Shown here: one piece after another, positions 1-12,601 of the stretch
How positions within the stretch are numbered: position 1 is the first letter of the stretch
How the letters are laid out: each line of letters starts with the position of its first letter
Origin: Octopus sinensis
Lineage: Eukaryota
NCBI RefSeq assembly: GCF_006345805.1
Contig: NC_042997.1
Coordinates: 212,288,001 to 212,352,000, forward strand
DNA length: 64,000 nucleotides
Direction of reading: 5' to 3'
The notes under the pieces: generated by a model
The model's database searches: none
What the model saw: only the letters and a program-made list of their open reading frames with translations
Told to the model about the DNA's origin: nothing
Position numbers and translations under genes: made by a program

Positions 1-852
1 AAACATTTGTTGTAATATTTGCAATTTTGAAATAGTTTAAAAGAATTAGTATGTGGGCAGTACTCATGAGAGCATTTTTTTTTTGTAGTGTTGATTCTTT
101 TGGGTTACCTGAGATTTTGCCCTAGTGTTTAAAAGTGTCGTTTATCTCCTTATTATATCCAAAACTCTGATCATAGATACAGTTGTTCTCAGATGCCACG
201 TTTTTGAAACCTGTTTCAAGGTACTTATTGTTAACTCGTCGAATGTTTTTTTTCCACAGAAGTGTTGCTTATCTTCAGGGATTTGACACATCTATGCACA
301 AACATGTTTGTCAATGCTTTTTCTGTTTTTTATATTTACCCACAGTATCTGGTCGAGTGGCCTTAATTAAGCTCGATCACTTTGAATACTGGTACAACAC
401 CGACTTTCTTGATAATGATGGTCTGGAACCTCTTATAGTTTATTCTAATTTAAGAGCAGAAACTTCAAATTCCTGAAGCTGTCACACTAGTTTACTGACA
501 TCTCTTTCTCTGTGCAGCATTGGTAATCTTTTATTACTTATACTAACATAGTAGTGCCTATATTCCATTTAACTATAATTTGATATTTGTTTAATTTAGA
601 GTGTGTTGAGGATAGTGACCACTCCAACTCATAAATCTTAGTAATTTGGAAAGGCATTGTAATCAAAGGTTCCATGAAATCGATGTTGTATCTGTACTAA
701 GGTCTCAGAGAACAGCAGTGTCTTTATTTTCTACTTCTTTGGCAGGCTTATGCTCTCACCAGCCCTTGTCATATGCGAGTCCAGATCGATGGTGTATGAT
801 CCGGCGTAATTACTTATCAAGTGTATCACAGTGATTATATTCATCCGAGGTC

Positions 853-907
853 AACATAGAGCAGCCAGAAATGAGGAGGTCCGTTGTTTCTCTGGCTGCT
901 CTATGTT
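853..907. other. Perfect 17-bp inverted repeat with 21-nt spacer (hairpin, pre-miRNA-like)
   Basis: AACATAGAGCAGCCAGA (853-869) and TCTGGCTGCTCTATGTT (891-907) are exact reverse complements. Confidence 0.8.
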
Positions 908-924
908 AATGGCGGTAAAGTGGG

Positions 925-1137
925 GGAATGGTTGGCACATTGGGAAAATGTTTAGCCGCATTTATTCTGTCCCTTTACATTCTAGGTTCAAATTTTGCCG
1001 AGGTCGACTTTTCCTTTCATCCACTAGAAAGTCGATAAAAATAACTATCAGTCGAGTACGGTGGGGTCGATGTATTCAACTTTTTTCCTTCAATAAAAAA
1101 TGGTTGTCCTTGTGCCAAAACTTGAAACCATTATTAT
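925..1137 (+). mobile_element. Decayed tRNA-derived SINE (family A; central GCCTTTCATCC...GGGGTCGAT domain)
   Basis: GTTCAAATTTTGCCGAGGTCGACTTTTCCTTTCATCC...GGGGTCGATGTA matches the better preserved copies at 13483, 42114 and 51668. Confidence 0.65.
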
Positions 1138-1298
1138 TAAAGCATATTGTTGGAGATACGAGTTGTGTGGTCTTGCAGTTTCATTTGGACTATGACAATT
1201 ATTAAACACAAACGAAACTGATATATTTTAAAGTGTTTCATCTTGTGTAAGATCACATGATTGTGCATCATGTATACCATTGGTTTCAACAATGCACA

Positions 1299-1459
1299 CA
1301 GGTGGTGATACCACGGGGATACAGGCAATGATACCATAGATACACAGGTGACGACACCGTATGTATACAGGTGATTATATAGCTATGCAGGTGATAATTC
1401 ACTCATACACCCACGCACGTTAATTTGTTACGGGTACACAGGTGATGATATTACAGGTA
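1299..1459. repeat. Degenerate ~23-bp repeat with conserved CAGGTG (E-box) core
   Basis: Exact CAGGTG at 1299, 1345, 1368, 1388 and 1439; near matches at 1322 (CAGGCA) and 1454 (CAGGTA). Confidence 0.6.
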
Positions 1460-1844
1460 TTCAAGCAATAATCTTTTCGTAATGTTTTTCAGTGGTTTTC
1501 AGACATGACTTATTTCATTTACGAGTTGGAATAAAATGTGATTTATAAAAACTAATCGATCGAGTTCTTAAATAAACAATTAGACTTTATAAATTGATGG
1601 ATTATGTGAACTAGTTGTCAGAATATCACTGTTAAGGTAGCCAGTGTCGTCATTGGAAAACTTAATTCTGTCTCGACTAGAAATCTTTGTGGCTTTCAAA
1701 AATTACGTTTTGCTTTCTTTTCCTTCCCAAAACTTGTTTGAAGAACTTCTAATTTCAACAGTAAATTTAAAATAGACATCAAAGTTGCTAACCTAGGTAT
1801 TGTCACTCATCTTTACCATTCGATAACAATGAAATGGAGGATTT

Positions 1845-2360
1845 ATGCGGGTCGGGGTCACATCCCCTGGCCTAGTAGTGGCGTCGACTGATGTAAATGC
1901 TGGAGCGTATTCACTAAATATATTTTATGGCGTGGAAGAAAGTATCAATATCTGTGTATTTACTATCTTATGTGTGTGTGTGTTGTCTTTTTTAGGGAGA
2001 CTAAGGAGAAAGAGAGTGATTGTGACACAGGCGCTAAATTGCCTCTGTGTGTGTGTTAAAGCAGTACAACTAGTTTGACGAGTTAAATGAGGGTATTGGC
2101 AAATTGTTGGAACACCAGCTGCGAACCCTTGACCTCAATCATCAACTAAAATCTGCGCTAGAAGATAGGAGGGGGGGGGGGGAAGGGGAATGTTGCAAGG
2201 CGGAAAGAAATAGGATTGTGAGGGAGGAAAAATGGTTTCTTCTTTCCGTTTCTAACAGAGTGAGAAGAAGTGCGCCAAATTGGCGCCACCTCCCTCTCTA
2301 TTGAGGTGAGAGAGAGAAGGCTATGGAGTTGCTTCACCTATAATTTCTCTCCGCCGCTAC
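1845..2360. promoter_or_regulatory. CpG-retaining, GC-elevated non-repeat region, possibly promoter-like
   Basis: Local CpG enrichment (GCGGGTCGGGG, GGCGTCGAC, GTGCGCCAAATTGGCGCC, CCGCCGC) outside any recognised repeat. No transcript evidence. Confidence 0.25.
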
Positions 2361-2404
2361 CTTGATGTAAATTAGTTACTACAGCAGAATTTCATATAGA
2401 CGTA

Positions 2405-2444
<40 letters not shown>

Positions 2445-4682
2445 CACCTTGACGAAACTTATTAACCACACATTCACACAGACACTCCTGTCAGGAATTG
2501 CTTCGCCGTTTTAACGACACCTCTCATTTGCATTAACGATTACTTCAGCTAATTGTCACCATCACATGCTACCCCCCCCCATCTCTACCATATGTTCAAC
2601 GTTAAAAAATGTAACAGCAACTGGCTGGGGAAAACCTTATTTTTTTCCCATCAGTCTCCCTTCGGTTTCCATGGGTTCTTCTTCGTCTTGTATTTTCCAA
2701 ATGTATTTTCACAACAAACTTGGTGTGGAAGACCAGTAAAACGTTTGTTTTGTTTTATTTTTTGTTCGATGTTCAAAAAAAAAAAAGAGAAAAATGCATT
2801 ATAATTAGAGGCGGTGGTTGTGGAGAGGCGAGAGAAGAAAGTACGTCTACTTCTACATTGCTTACTTGAAACTGGTCTTTTTAGATCGGTTTATTTGAAG
2901 GATTTTATGGAAAAGAAAGTTACGAAAGTTATTTCTTTTTTTTTTTTAACAAACTACTGTGTGGATGTAAGGAAGGATTAGCCTTGACACTGGGCATGTT
3001 GGTCGTGTCTCTCCCTTGCACACAGGCAGAGAGACAGACCGCGATATTTGGGAATTAGAGTCCTTAATATTTGAAGTATGAGGAACAAAACAAAATGCTG
3101 TCTTGTTTTCAAGCAGCTGGCTGGTCAACATTTATTCTAAATCAGAAAGAGAACATGCATATACATGTGTATGTGTGTCCATGCCAGCCTGGAAAACGGA
3201 CGTTAAAGGTGTGGGAATATATATTTGAATGTATATGTATGCATATATATATATTTACATGCATGTACATACACATTCATACATGCCAAGCCAAGCGATG
3301 CTACATACCCTCTCCACCTTCCCTTACTTTAATCTCGCTATACTGTACTTACCTGACACACTCCATTCTTTACCATACAAATACAGCTTTTGTAAGAAAA
3401 AACTCTACAACACAATCGCGGTTCCCCAGTAATTTTCTTTCGCCAGGTGTTCACTTTGCACTTCATGCCTCTAGGATTTATAAAAAGTTCAACAATATAT
3501 TGGAAAACTAGTTGAAAGAGTGGAATTTTTTTGACCATAACCTAAAGATTCAAATATATTTATTAGCCATCATAATGTTGTATCCACTTTTGTAGTAAGT
3601 TGTTTAACCCTTGGTCGAACCTGACCAAACAGGGCCATGATAACGGGTACTCCTCTCTTAGGTTACATAATCTAATGCAGCCTTCTGGTTTATAGAGGTG
3701 TATGATTTGATTGTGATTTGCTTGCTATTTCTAGCAAGTGGGATGATGCTATAAATCCTCTCTTATTGGTGCCGAAGTCTTGCTCACATAGTCACTATTT
3801 TGACCTTGTTATTTATTATTTTTTTTATTGAATAAAAGGCAAAAACGATGTTTTGAAAGTCTCAGACTGCTACGATTTCTGTTGCACATGTCACATGTTT
3901 CCACATATCTCAGTGTAATGTTGCAATCAGACTCTACTACAATGCAGTTATCATACTGCCTTACCTGATTTTTAACAAGGCCTCTCTTCTTTCGCTTACA
4001 CACACACACACTCACTCACTCACTCTCTCTCTCTCCTCCTCAATCAATATACCCACCATCTCTCTCTCTCTGTTTATCTTTCTTCAACTTGCCACCAGGC
4101 ACTGATTATTTGTATTTATTCACAGTTTTAACTCCACAGCCGTATATCTTTCATCCTTGCTCTTCTCTCTCTCTCTCACAACACAGTTTCCCCATCAATG
4201 ATCTCCATAGTATATCAAGTTCCATGCAGCCACTTCTCTCTATCTATGGACATCAACTTAGCCAAAGAGTGTGAATACACTAAACGAAGTTTTCTACTGT
4301 AATCATTGGTGTGTAGATGATGGAAAGCAAGGGATAAATTTTCTAATAAAAATATACAGGGAGCCTGACAACAATTTTATAAATGTCAATCTAGGGAATA
4401 TTGGCAGAGTTCCTTCCAATACAAGTTGCAATGTTGTCAGGCATAGCTTTCAGCCAAATTCCAACATTAGTCTGGAGTCATTCTCCTGTCTCTGCAATAT
4501 CTTTTAATCCTCTGCATTTTTCTTAGGATTCAGGTCAGATGACCCTGGCCCTTTAGCCAATAAAGTAATTAACATTAGCGCTAAGCCAGTTGTGAAGAAA
4601 GGCAGAGGGCAGCATCCTGTTGAAGAAAAGCAGCAGCCTCACTTCAGACTATATTCAGGTAGGATATTTAGAGTTTACAAGT

Positions 4683-4917
4683 TGTGATACCAGTGCTGGT
4701 GGCACGTAAAAAGCACCATCCGAACGTGGCCGATGCCAGCCTCCCCTGGCACATAGAAAGCACCCACTACACTCTCGTTAGGAAGGGCATCCAGCTGTAG
4801 AAACACTGCCAGATCAGACTGGAGCCTGGTGCAGCCTCCTGGCTTCCCAGACCCCGATCAAAACATCCAACCCGTGCTAGCACAGAAAACGGACATTAAA
4901 CGATGATGATGATGATG
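4683..4917 (+). mobile_element. RTE-like 3'-end element with (GAT)n tail
   Basis: GGCACGTAAAAAGCACC module, GTTAGGAAGGGCATCCAGCTGTAGAAAC, ...CCCGTGCTAGC...TTAAACGATGATGAT tail; the same sequence recurs about 12 times in the window. Confidence 0.8.
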
Positions 4918-5316
4918 AATGTTACTTACTGTTCATGGAAAATGGATTTCAATGAAAATGATGACAACTTTTATTCAAAAAGCAGATTTCAATGCCGGCC
5001 ACCTTCTTTCATTTCATAAAGCATGGTTATTGCTTGACTGTTGTCAGTGTATAACTGGGATTCTACTTTGGTGGACAATGAATAGAAGGTGGTAGATTAG
5101 ATGCAAATTGCTTGATGGAGGCTTTGTCCCTAAATGTGAAGGTCTGCACAATTTCAGAAAATCCTTGATAACCTTGTTTCTTTTTCAATTTTTTTCTTTT
5201 TCAATTTTTTTCTTTTTCAATTTTTTTCTTTTTATCACTGGAGTCTTGCAACAGTGTTTAAATTTTCCTCCAATCAATGTCTTATTCTCTTAGGTCTACA
5301 TTTTCCTGCTGCCAGC

Positions 5317-5354
<38 letters not shown>

Positions 5355-5980
5355 CACTACCAGATATAAATGGGCAATATTACACAAACAGCATGAATCA
5401 TTGGATTAGACGGAAGAATTATGGCTTGAGGTCTACCAGATTTGTATTTTTCTGTCAAAACTGGAACAAAGCTACATACACAGGACCAACACAGACATTT
5501 GAGTCAATATCTTCCTCAATGTCAGGCTATTGCCACATAATCTAACAGTTTGGACATTTTTCCTTTTTTTTTTTCCCAAGAGATGACACTTCATTTAGAT
5601 TTCATCATATTAAATAAATTAAACTAACATCATTACTTATAAATTTCTAGTTGATAATTAGTTATCTTTAAGTCATCATCATCATCTTTCCATACTGGCA
5701 TGGGTTGGACAGTTTGACAGAAGCTGATAAGGCTGGAGGGCCGCATTAGGATTCAGTTTTGATATGGTTTCTACAGCATGGATGTCCTTAATGCCAACCA
5801 ATCTACAGAATGTACTAGGTGCTTTCTATGTGGCACCAACACAGGTGCTTTTTATGTGGTGCCAACAAAAGTACTGTTACCATTTGTATTCAAATGTTTA
5901 ACCAAACTTGTGTGTTAGTAAATATGTCTGATTTCCTTGACCATTTACATTCTGCTTTGCTGCCAACCTTCCATCAGCTG

Positions 5981-6321
5981 ATAATAAAATGTCTCTGTCA
6001 ATGAGTAAAGTCCAACTTGATTGGCACCACATAGCCTTATAATCTTTAGACCCTCTGCTAACTTAGAATGAATATGTATTCATAAGATTTGTAATATAAT
6101 GGAGAGAGAATCCATTGATTACTGTGACCCCAGGATTTGAACTGGAACTTTTATTTTATTAACCTTGAAGGGGTGAAAAGTAAAGTTGATCTCAGTGGGG
6201 TTTGAAATCAAAATGTGAACTGCTGGAAAAATACCCCAAGGCATTTTTATCAAAGCTCTGACAAAAACTCCATATGGAATGAAAGCAGAATTTGGAAAGA
6301 TATTTTTGAGCCAAATTGTGT
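5981..6321. repeat. 341-bp direct repeat, copy 1
   Basis: Matches 8044-8384 with about 3 substitutions seen (ATAATAAAATGTCTCTGTC...GAGCCAAATTGTGT). Confidence 0.9.
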
Positions 6322-6879
6322 GGCTTTTCATAACTTTCCTTCATGAAGGACTGTATTCTCCACTCCCTTATATGTTTGCCCATTATAGGGAAATCTTTAT
6401 TTGCCCATTATGTGTGTCCATTACAAGGGAATCTTTGTGTTTTATGGTATACTAATCACCATAATTTTATATCCTTTTATTTGTACTGGAAGAATAGGGA
6501 TGGACCTCACAGCATCTCTTTCCTTTTCCATTTTTTGTTATTGTGTTTTTTTTTTCCTTTCTTTTCAACTGGCTGCCTTTCTTATTCACCACAACTTGTC
6601 AGTGTGTTCTGCTTTTGACCCACTGCTTTATAGAGCTTGTCTTTAACTAGAGTGAGAAACCTTGTTCTTGTATTTACTGTGAGAATAATATCAATACCAC
6701 CAAAGACTGGTTTTAATTGGTGACTGTGAGAGCTCTTTCAACCCTATTGAATGACATTTAGATGTGAAAAGTTTACTTTGTCTGGTCTCTGGAAACCAAC
6801 ACTGCAAAATATCTCTGGTTCCATAGAAGCTATTGATTGCTTCATCAAGAAACGTGGATACATTTAGGATTCATAGTCA

Positions 6880-7564
6880 AAGATGTGGAGAAAGATTCAT
6901 CTTGTATAATCGTTAGCTGCTACAAAGGTAAAAGGGATGCTGTAGATCGAAGCAATTATAAAGGCATCAAACTCCTGGACCAGGTGATGAAAATTACAGA
7001 GAGTTATTGCTCAATTAATTAGCAGCATAATTAGGGTTAACAAAATGCAGTTCAGCTCTGTCCAGGGAAGAAGCACTACTGACGCTATTTTCATAGTCAG
7101 GCAACTACAAGAGAGGTACTTAACTAAGAATAAACCATTCTACCCGGCAACTACAAGAGAGGTACTTAACTAAGAATAAACCATTCTACCCGGAATTCAT
7201 TGATCTAGAGAAAGACTTTAACTGAGTGCCCTGCTGTGTGACATGGTCGGCTCTGGGGAGGTCAGGGATAGATGAGTGGCTGATGAAAGCTGTACAGGTC
7301 ATGTACAAAGACACTGTCAGTAAGGTGAGAGTTAACTACAAGTACAACAACTAATTTAGTGTACAGGTAGGGGTTCATCAAGGCTCAGTCCTTAGTCTCC
7401 TCCTTTTCATCATTATTCTCCAGTACATATCAGAGGAATTCAAGACTGGCAGCCCCTGGGAACTACAGTATGCTGAAGATCTTGTCCTCATAGAGGATTC
7501 CATATCAGAGCTAGATGAGAAATTCTCGGTGATGAAAGAAAACCTGGAATCTAAGGGCCTTAGC
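6880..7564 (+). pseudogene. RTE-clade LINE reverse transcriptase relic
   Basis: Translates to IIVSCYKGKRDAVDRSNYKGIKLLDQVMK...GRSTTDAIFIVRQLQERYL...IDLEK...VGVHQGSVLSLLLFIIIL...PWELQYAEDLVLI (YADD changed to YAED). Contains stops, frameshifts and a 46-bp tandem duplication. Confidence 0.92.
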
Positions 7565-8043
7565 AACAAAAAGGTTTGTCTCCCAGTAAGAATTGAGAAT
7601 GTGACATCCGTGTTGAAACAAAATTTAGAAACAGAAAATGATTCAAAAGTCCTCTATATTTGTAATACACTTCCTACAAAACATCAAAGGTTACACACAC
7701 ACGTGTACACACACAGACTTCTATAAAACTCTGCCATTCTTCCATATATTTGGCACCTGTTCTAAAGGCTCGTTCTATTCTGTCTAGCAGCTCCAATGTA
7801 AGTACTTGATATTATAGTTCTCAAGTATGTTTACTAAATGTAACCTTGGTTGTATAAATAAACAAGCGATTTATACACAAATGCATTCTCCACAAATACT
7901 TCATGACCTAATGTTAATCAGAGTATTTTAGGTTTGAGAGTTATAAGAAATTGTATCTTATCAGGTTTTAGTGTCTCTCGACAATAAGAATTTTAAACAA
8001 TTTTTTGTTTCCAGATCCTCCAAAGATTATTCTATAAGTCCCC

Positions 8044-8384
8044 ATAATAAAATGTCTCTGTCAATGAGTAAAGTCCAACTTGGTTGACACCACATAGCCT
8101 TATAATCTTTAGACCCTCTGCTAACTTAGAATGAATATGTATTCATAAGATTTGTAATATAATGGAGAGAGAATCCATTGATTACTGTGACCCCAGGATT
8201 TGAACTGGAACTTTTATTTTATTAACCTTGAAGGGGTGAAAAGTAAAGTTGATCTCCGTGGGGTTTGAAATCAAAATGTGAACTGCTGGAAAAATACCCC
8301 AAGGCATTTTTATCAAAGCTCTGACAAAAACTCCATATGGAATGAAAGCAGAATTTGGAAAGATATTTTTGAGCCAAATTGTGT
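8044..8384. repeat. 341-bp direct repeat, copy 2
   Basis: Near-identical to 5981-6321, offset 2063 bp. Confidence 0.9.
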
Positions 8385-8557
8385 CTCATCATCATGATCA
8401 TCACCAAGTCCTGTTTAGTGCTCTAAAAGATGTCAATCGTTTGGTTCTCCTCGCATGGAACAATCGAAAGGTTTTGTTTGATTTAATAAACTGGCATAAA
8501 ATCTGTTTGCAGTAATTGTTTTACAGGTAATTTTAATTCAACTGCTTCAGAGTGACC

Positions 8558-8951
8558 CACTGTTCTTGAGGAGACCTATTGAGTCAAGTACGTCAACAAC
8601 AAAATAAAAATTCAAATGGAAACTGTAGTTAAGATACCCGTGCTAGTGACACATAAAAAGCACCGTCCGAACGTGGGAGATGCCAGCGCCGCCTGACTGG
8701 TGTCCATGTCGGTGACGCGTAAAAGCACCAACTGATCGTGGCATTTGCCAGCCTGCTCTGGCACCTGTGCTGGTGGCATGTAAAAAGCACCCACTACACT
8801 CACGGAGTGGTTGGCGTTAGGAAGGGCATCCAGCTGTAGAAACACTGCCAAATCAGACTGGAGCCTAATGCAGCCTCCATGGCTTACCAGACCCCGGTCG
8901 AACCGTCCAACCCATGCTAGCATGGAAAACAGACGTTAAATGATGATGATG
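8558..8951 (+). mobile_element. RTE-like 3'-end element with (GAT)n tail (longer copy)
   Basis: GAGGAGACCTATTGAGTCAAGTAC 5' part, repeated AAAAGCACC modules, GGAAGGGCATCCAGCTGTAGAAAC and GATGATGAT tail. Confidence 0.85.
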
Positions 8952-9069
8952 CTTCAGATTAAAATTAATGTAATTATACTTTATTAATAATTTACTTTTA
9001 TAATCTATAATCTACTTTACCCAGTTTAAAGTCTTCACTACATATTACAATATCGGTTCTTGCTAATCA

Positions 9070-10610
9070 GTCCTGTAACTGCTGGTTCAGGATTGGTCAA
9101 GGCATAGATTTAAAGGACTTGTTGCTATGGTTATTCACACATGTCATCTGATAGGTTACCTTGATGTTAAGTTCAGTAATGCTGTGGATTTTCTTTCACA
9201 GACACAGTTGTACAAGTGGTATTCTTACCAAAGTTACTTGGCATATAACGAAGCTTTAATTTTTGAAGTCCTCTTGGAAGTCATCAGATTATCATCATTC
9301 CCTGTAAGAAATATCAAATGAGAAAGCATTGCAGATCCAAATAAATTCTTTGCTAAGATCATGGAACCTTCAAAATTTCCATTTAGAACTTCCAAATGGT
9401 TTTGGACCATAAGCAAGATCTTACCATCGTTTTTTTTTTTTTTGGGGGGGGGGGTATTATTTGCTAGATTTCTACTTTCAACATACCAACTCTGAATTAG
9501 TTAATTGATAAATGCCACAACCTCTCTCATTTCAATAAGGCTTACATCCTTTTCTGTTGTCGACATCTTAAAATCATTGATGAGACTGACAATAACATAT
9601 TTGTCTTTAAAATTGTTTACAAGATGGTAATTTTTGATACTTAAGGAATTTAAAAATTTCATCCCCAAAATTTCTTCCACATTTGCAGAAACACCAACTT
9701 GACTTATACAATTCACGACTTAATAGTATTTTAAAACACAATTTTCCAGTCTGATCCAATTACAAAATTTTTAAATCACTGACGATTCATTGCACATGGA
9801 CAAATAAAGTTGTTTTCACAACTGCTCTTTAAATTCTTCAAGTTCTTTGGATTCTAATGTTGGTCATGTAAAACACAATGTATGACGAACATGCTTGGAG
9901 CTTTCTGTGACAAGATCAATGAATCCAAATTTATTTTCAATCACTACAGGAACTCCTGTACACTCTGACACAATCAAATCCCATCACGCCTTATGATAGT
10001 TGAACAGCCAGTGGATAACCTTGGACTGCCATATGATGGCAAAATTCGGTTTTGATGATACCAGTTTCAAAGCATCATGATGTCAACATAATTCTTATGC
10101 TGGTCATCAAGGGTCATGTCCTTTCTTACTTCTTATGGCTTCACATTTCCACTGCTCATTAACAAATTGGGAATCATGCATTGTGCCCTCAGTTCAGTGA
10201 AACCAAAACCAAGCCTTTCATTAACCCTCCCCGCCACTCCTGTTGATATTCACTTAAAATCTATAATTAACAAACACCAAATATAAACTGCTGAAAAATA
10301 ATTCTTTTTTATACAAACAGAATCATTAGCATCAATTTTCTGCAAATGACTGAATATAAATGATTCGTCCAAATGGTGCCACTTGTTGGTGTTGAAGATA
10401 GACAAATGGTCTGCACTTCTGCATAAGGCATCTCTAGTCTAATGCTCACCCGTGCCTACACATAAGCTGACAAAGGACTGGGGAAATGTGTTTTATAAAG
10501 TAATTAATGTTAATTATGTCGTTGTTGATTGTATTTTATAATAAAGATTGAGTGCCAAACTCACAAAGAATATGGATACTGTCGTTGCCACCAGTATTTG
10601 AGAAGCCCTG
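9070..10610 (-). pseudogene. hAT (Charlie/SPIN/ZBED-like) transposase relic, internally deleted, one TIR visible
   Basis: Minus strand gives GFTELRAQCMI...SSGNVKP (BED-like), WDLIVSEC, KAPSMFVIHCVLH, NFI...FK...GSD, SLIEMREVVAFIN and HLEVLNGNFE in family order. CAGGGCTTCTCAAA (TIR-like) ends at 10610. Confidence 0.75.
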
Positions 10611-11424
10611 CCATAGAATGAAAGATCAAAGTCACCCTGTCTGTGAATTTAAATAAAGATAATGGATGAAAGAGAGATGCACCGGCATCATATGAAATTT
10701 TATGCATTTTTAGTGCTATTTGGTTGTTATCAGCCATTTTAAATTCTTAATAATTGGTCAACAGACTGGCTTCTATTTCCTGATTGTCAGAAATAAAGAA
10801 TGAAATATTTAAATGTGATAAATGCATTTTGTTGATTCTAACCACAATAGTTTACTGTTAATTAGATAATTTCTCAAATTAATTGTCTGCAAAATAATAA
10901 GATAATAAATACAAATGAAAACCTATTAAATAATGAAGAAACATTGAATGGTTGTCTTTTTTAAGTTCAACTGTAATTTGGTTTTCATTGTTAAAGATTG
11001 GTAAAGACAATGGTGTCAGAATGGAGGAGAAATGTCTAACTTCTAAATGGTTGTTGTTGGGTCAACACCAAAGTCTTCATGTTATTAACAAATACAACAC
11101 ATTTAACTACAACAAGCTGCAGATATGGGAAATAATTAAAACTAGATGACAGGAAATTGATCTTTTGTTGACATTTCTACATATTTAGGCTGGTTTATTC
11201 CATGCCAGCATTGGTTAGAGGAATAAGTTATTCGGGTATTAGTTTGCTTCTGGATGCCCCTCTCTTATTTAGAAAACAGGTGAAGGTTAGCATTGAGATC
11301 TTCTATTCCACACCGCTTTGAAGGCATAAACTGAATGGCAAAATTTGTAACATAAGTGCCAACAGCACAACTCAAACAATTTTGAAATAAATAAATGCTA
11401 GATGTTAATCAGAATCGAAATTGA

Positions 11425-11810
11425 TCAATGGAAATTGCAGCTGAGTTACCAGTGCCGGTGGCACGTAAGAGAACCATCCGAATGTGGCCGTTGCCAGCCT
11501 CGCCTAGCCCCCGTGCTGGTGGCACGTAAAAAGCACCATCCGTTCGTGGCCGTTGCCAGCCTTGCCTGGCACATAAAAAGCACCATCCGATCGTGGCCGT
11601 TTGCCAGACTCGTCGGGTACCTGTGCCGGTGGTACGTAAAAAGCACCCACTACACTCATGGAGTGGTTGGCGTTAGGAAGGGCATCCAGCCGTAGAAACA
11701 TTGCCAGATCAAACTGGGCCTGGTGCAGCCTTCTGGCTTCCCAGACCCCAGTTGAACCGTCCAACCCATGCTAGCATGGAAAGCGGACGCTAAACGATGA
11801 TGATGATGAT
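11425..11810 (+). mobile_element. RTE-like 3'-end element with (GAT)n tail, several internal modules
   Basis: Repeated GGCAC(G/A)TAAAAAGCACCATCCG modules, conserved GGAAGGGCATCCAGCCGTAGAAAC and (GAT)n tail. Confidence 0.85.
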
Positions 11811-12601
11811 TAACAAAAAAATCAATCAATCATTCACGCATGTGCACGTGCACACACACACACACACATGACAAGTTTGGGATCCCTTCCTCTCATTTCT
11901 GTTTAGCAAATCCACTCACAAGGTTATGAGCAACGTGGGACTCTAGCAGCAGACAGTTGTCCAAAGTGCTACTCACTGGGACTGAATCGGAAACTTCATG
12001 GTTGAGAAGCAAACTTCTCATCTCCAAAGTCCAGGATTCAAGGGAATCGGCTGCTTAAAGGGTAAAGTACCGGATCAGGTTGAAAGAGGAAACCATGTAC
12101 ACGATGAATTCCAAGAAACATATATATGACTACATACCAAAGTACAAACGGATTCCAGTTGTATGTCCAATTGACTGTGCCTGACTGAGTGTATTTCTGA
12201 GTCACGGGGCTGTACTTAGGAGCACACACACTGCAGCAGTTGTACTGCACTTAATAAACTCCAGATCCATGCTAATAGCAGGTTTTCAGTAAATAATGAA
12301 TAACAACAGATGGATAATAGTTCATTCTCTACAGCTGTTTTAAACAAATTTCTTTTTTTATTGATGAATAGAAATATTACATCATGTGGAAAAAAAATGT
12401 TCTCATCAGGTGAATATACCTGAATTACACATTTAAAAAGCATTCAAAAAATCACCAGTTTGTGCCACTTCATGATTCCCTAACCCATAAAAGTTAAAAG
12501 AATCTTTTGACTATTATTACTGGTCAGTGAATCATGTAGATCATGGTTACATTAGCAACTTAATAATGCAGTTCTATATTTAAGAGATGAGGATTATGAA
12601 C

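Noticed and set aside
5080-5320. Minus-strand Lys-rich reading ending ...QGFSEIVQTFTFRDKASIKQFASNLPPSIHCPPK*
   Set aside because: The frame is broken by a 16-bp triplicated unit, and I recognise no homology or good splice sites.
5981-8384. LTR retrotransposon with 341-bp LTRs
   Set aside because: No TG...CA ends, PBS, PPT or TSD; the internal RT is non-LTR (RTE) type.
12036-12200. Possible Ty3/Gypsy pol fragment (FKGIGCLKG..YRIRLKEE)
   Set aside because: The match is short, needs a frameshift, and no further RT motifs follow.
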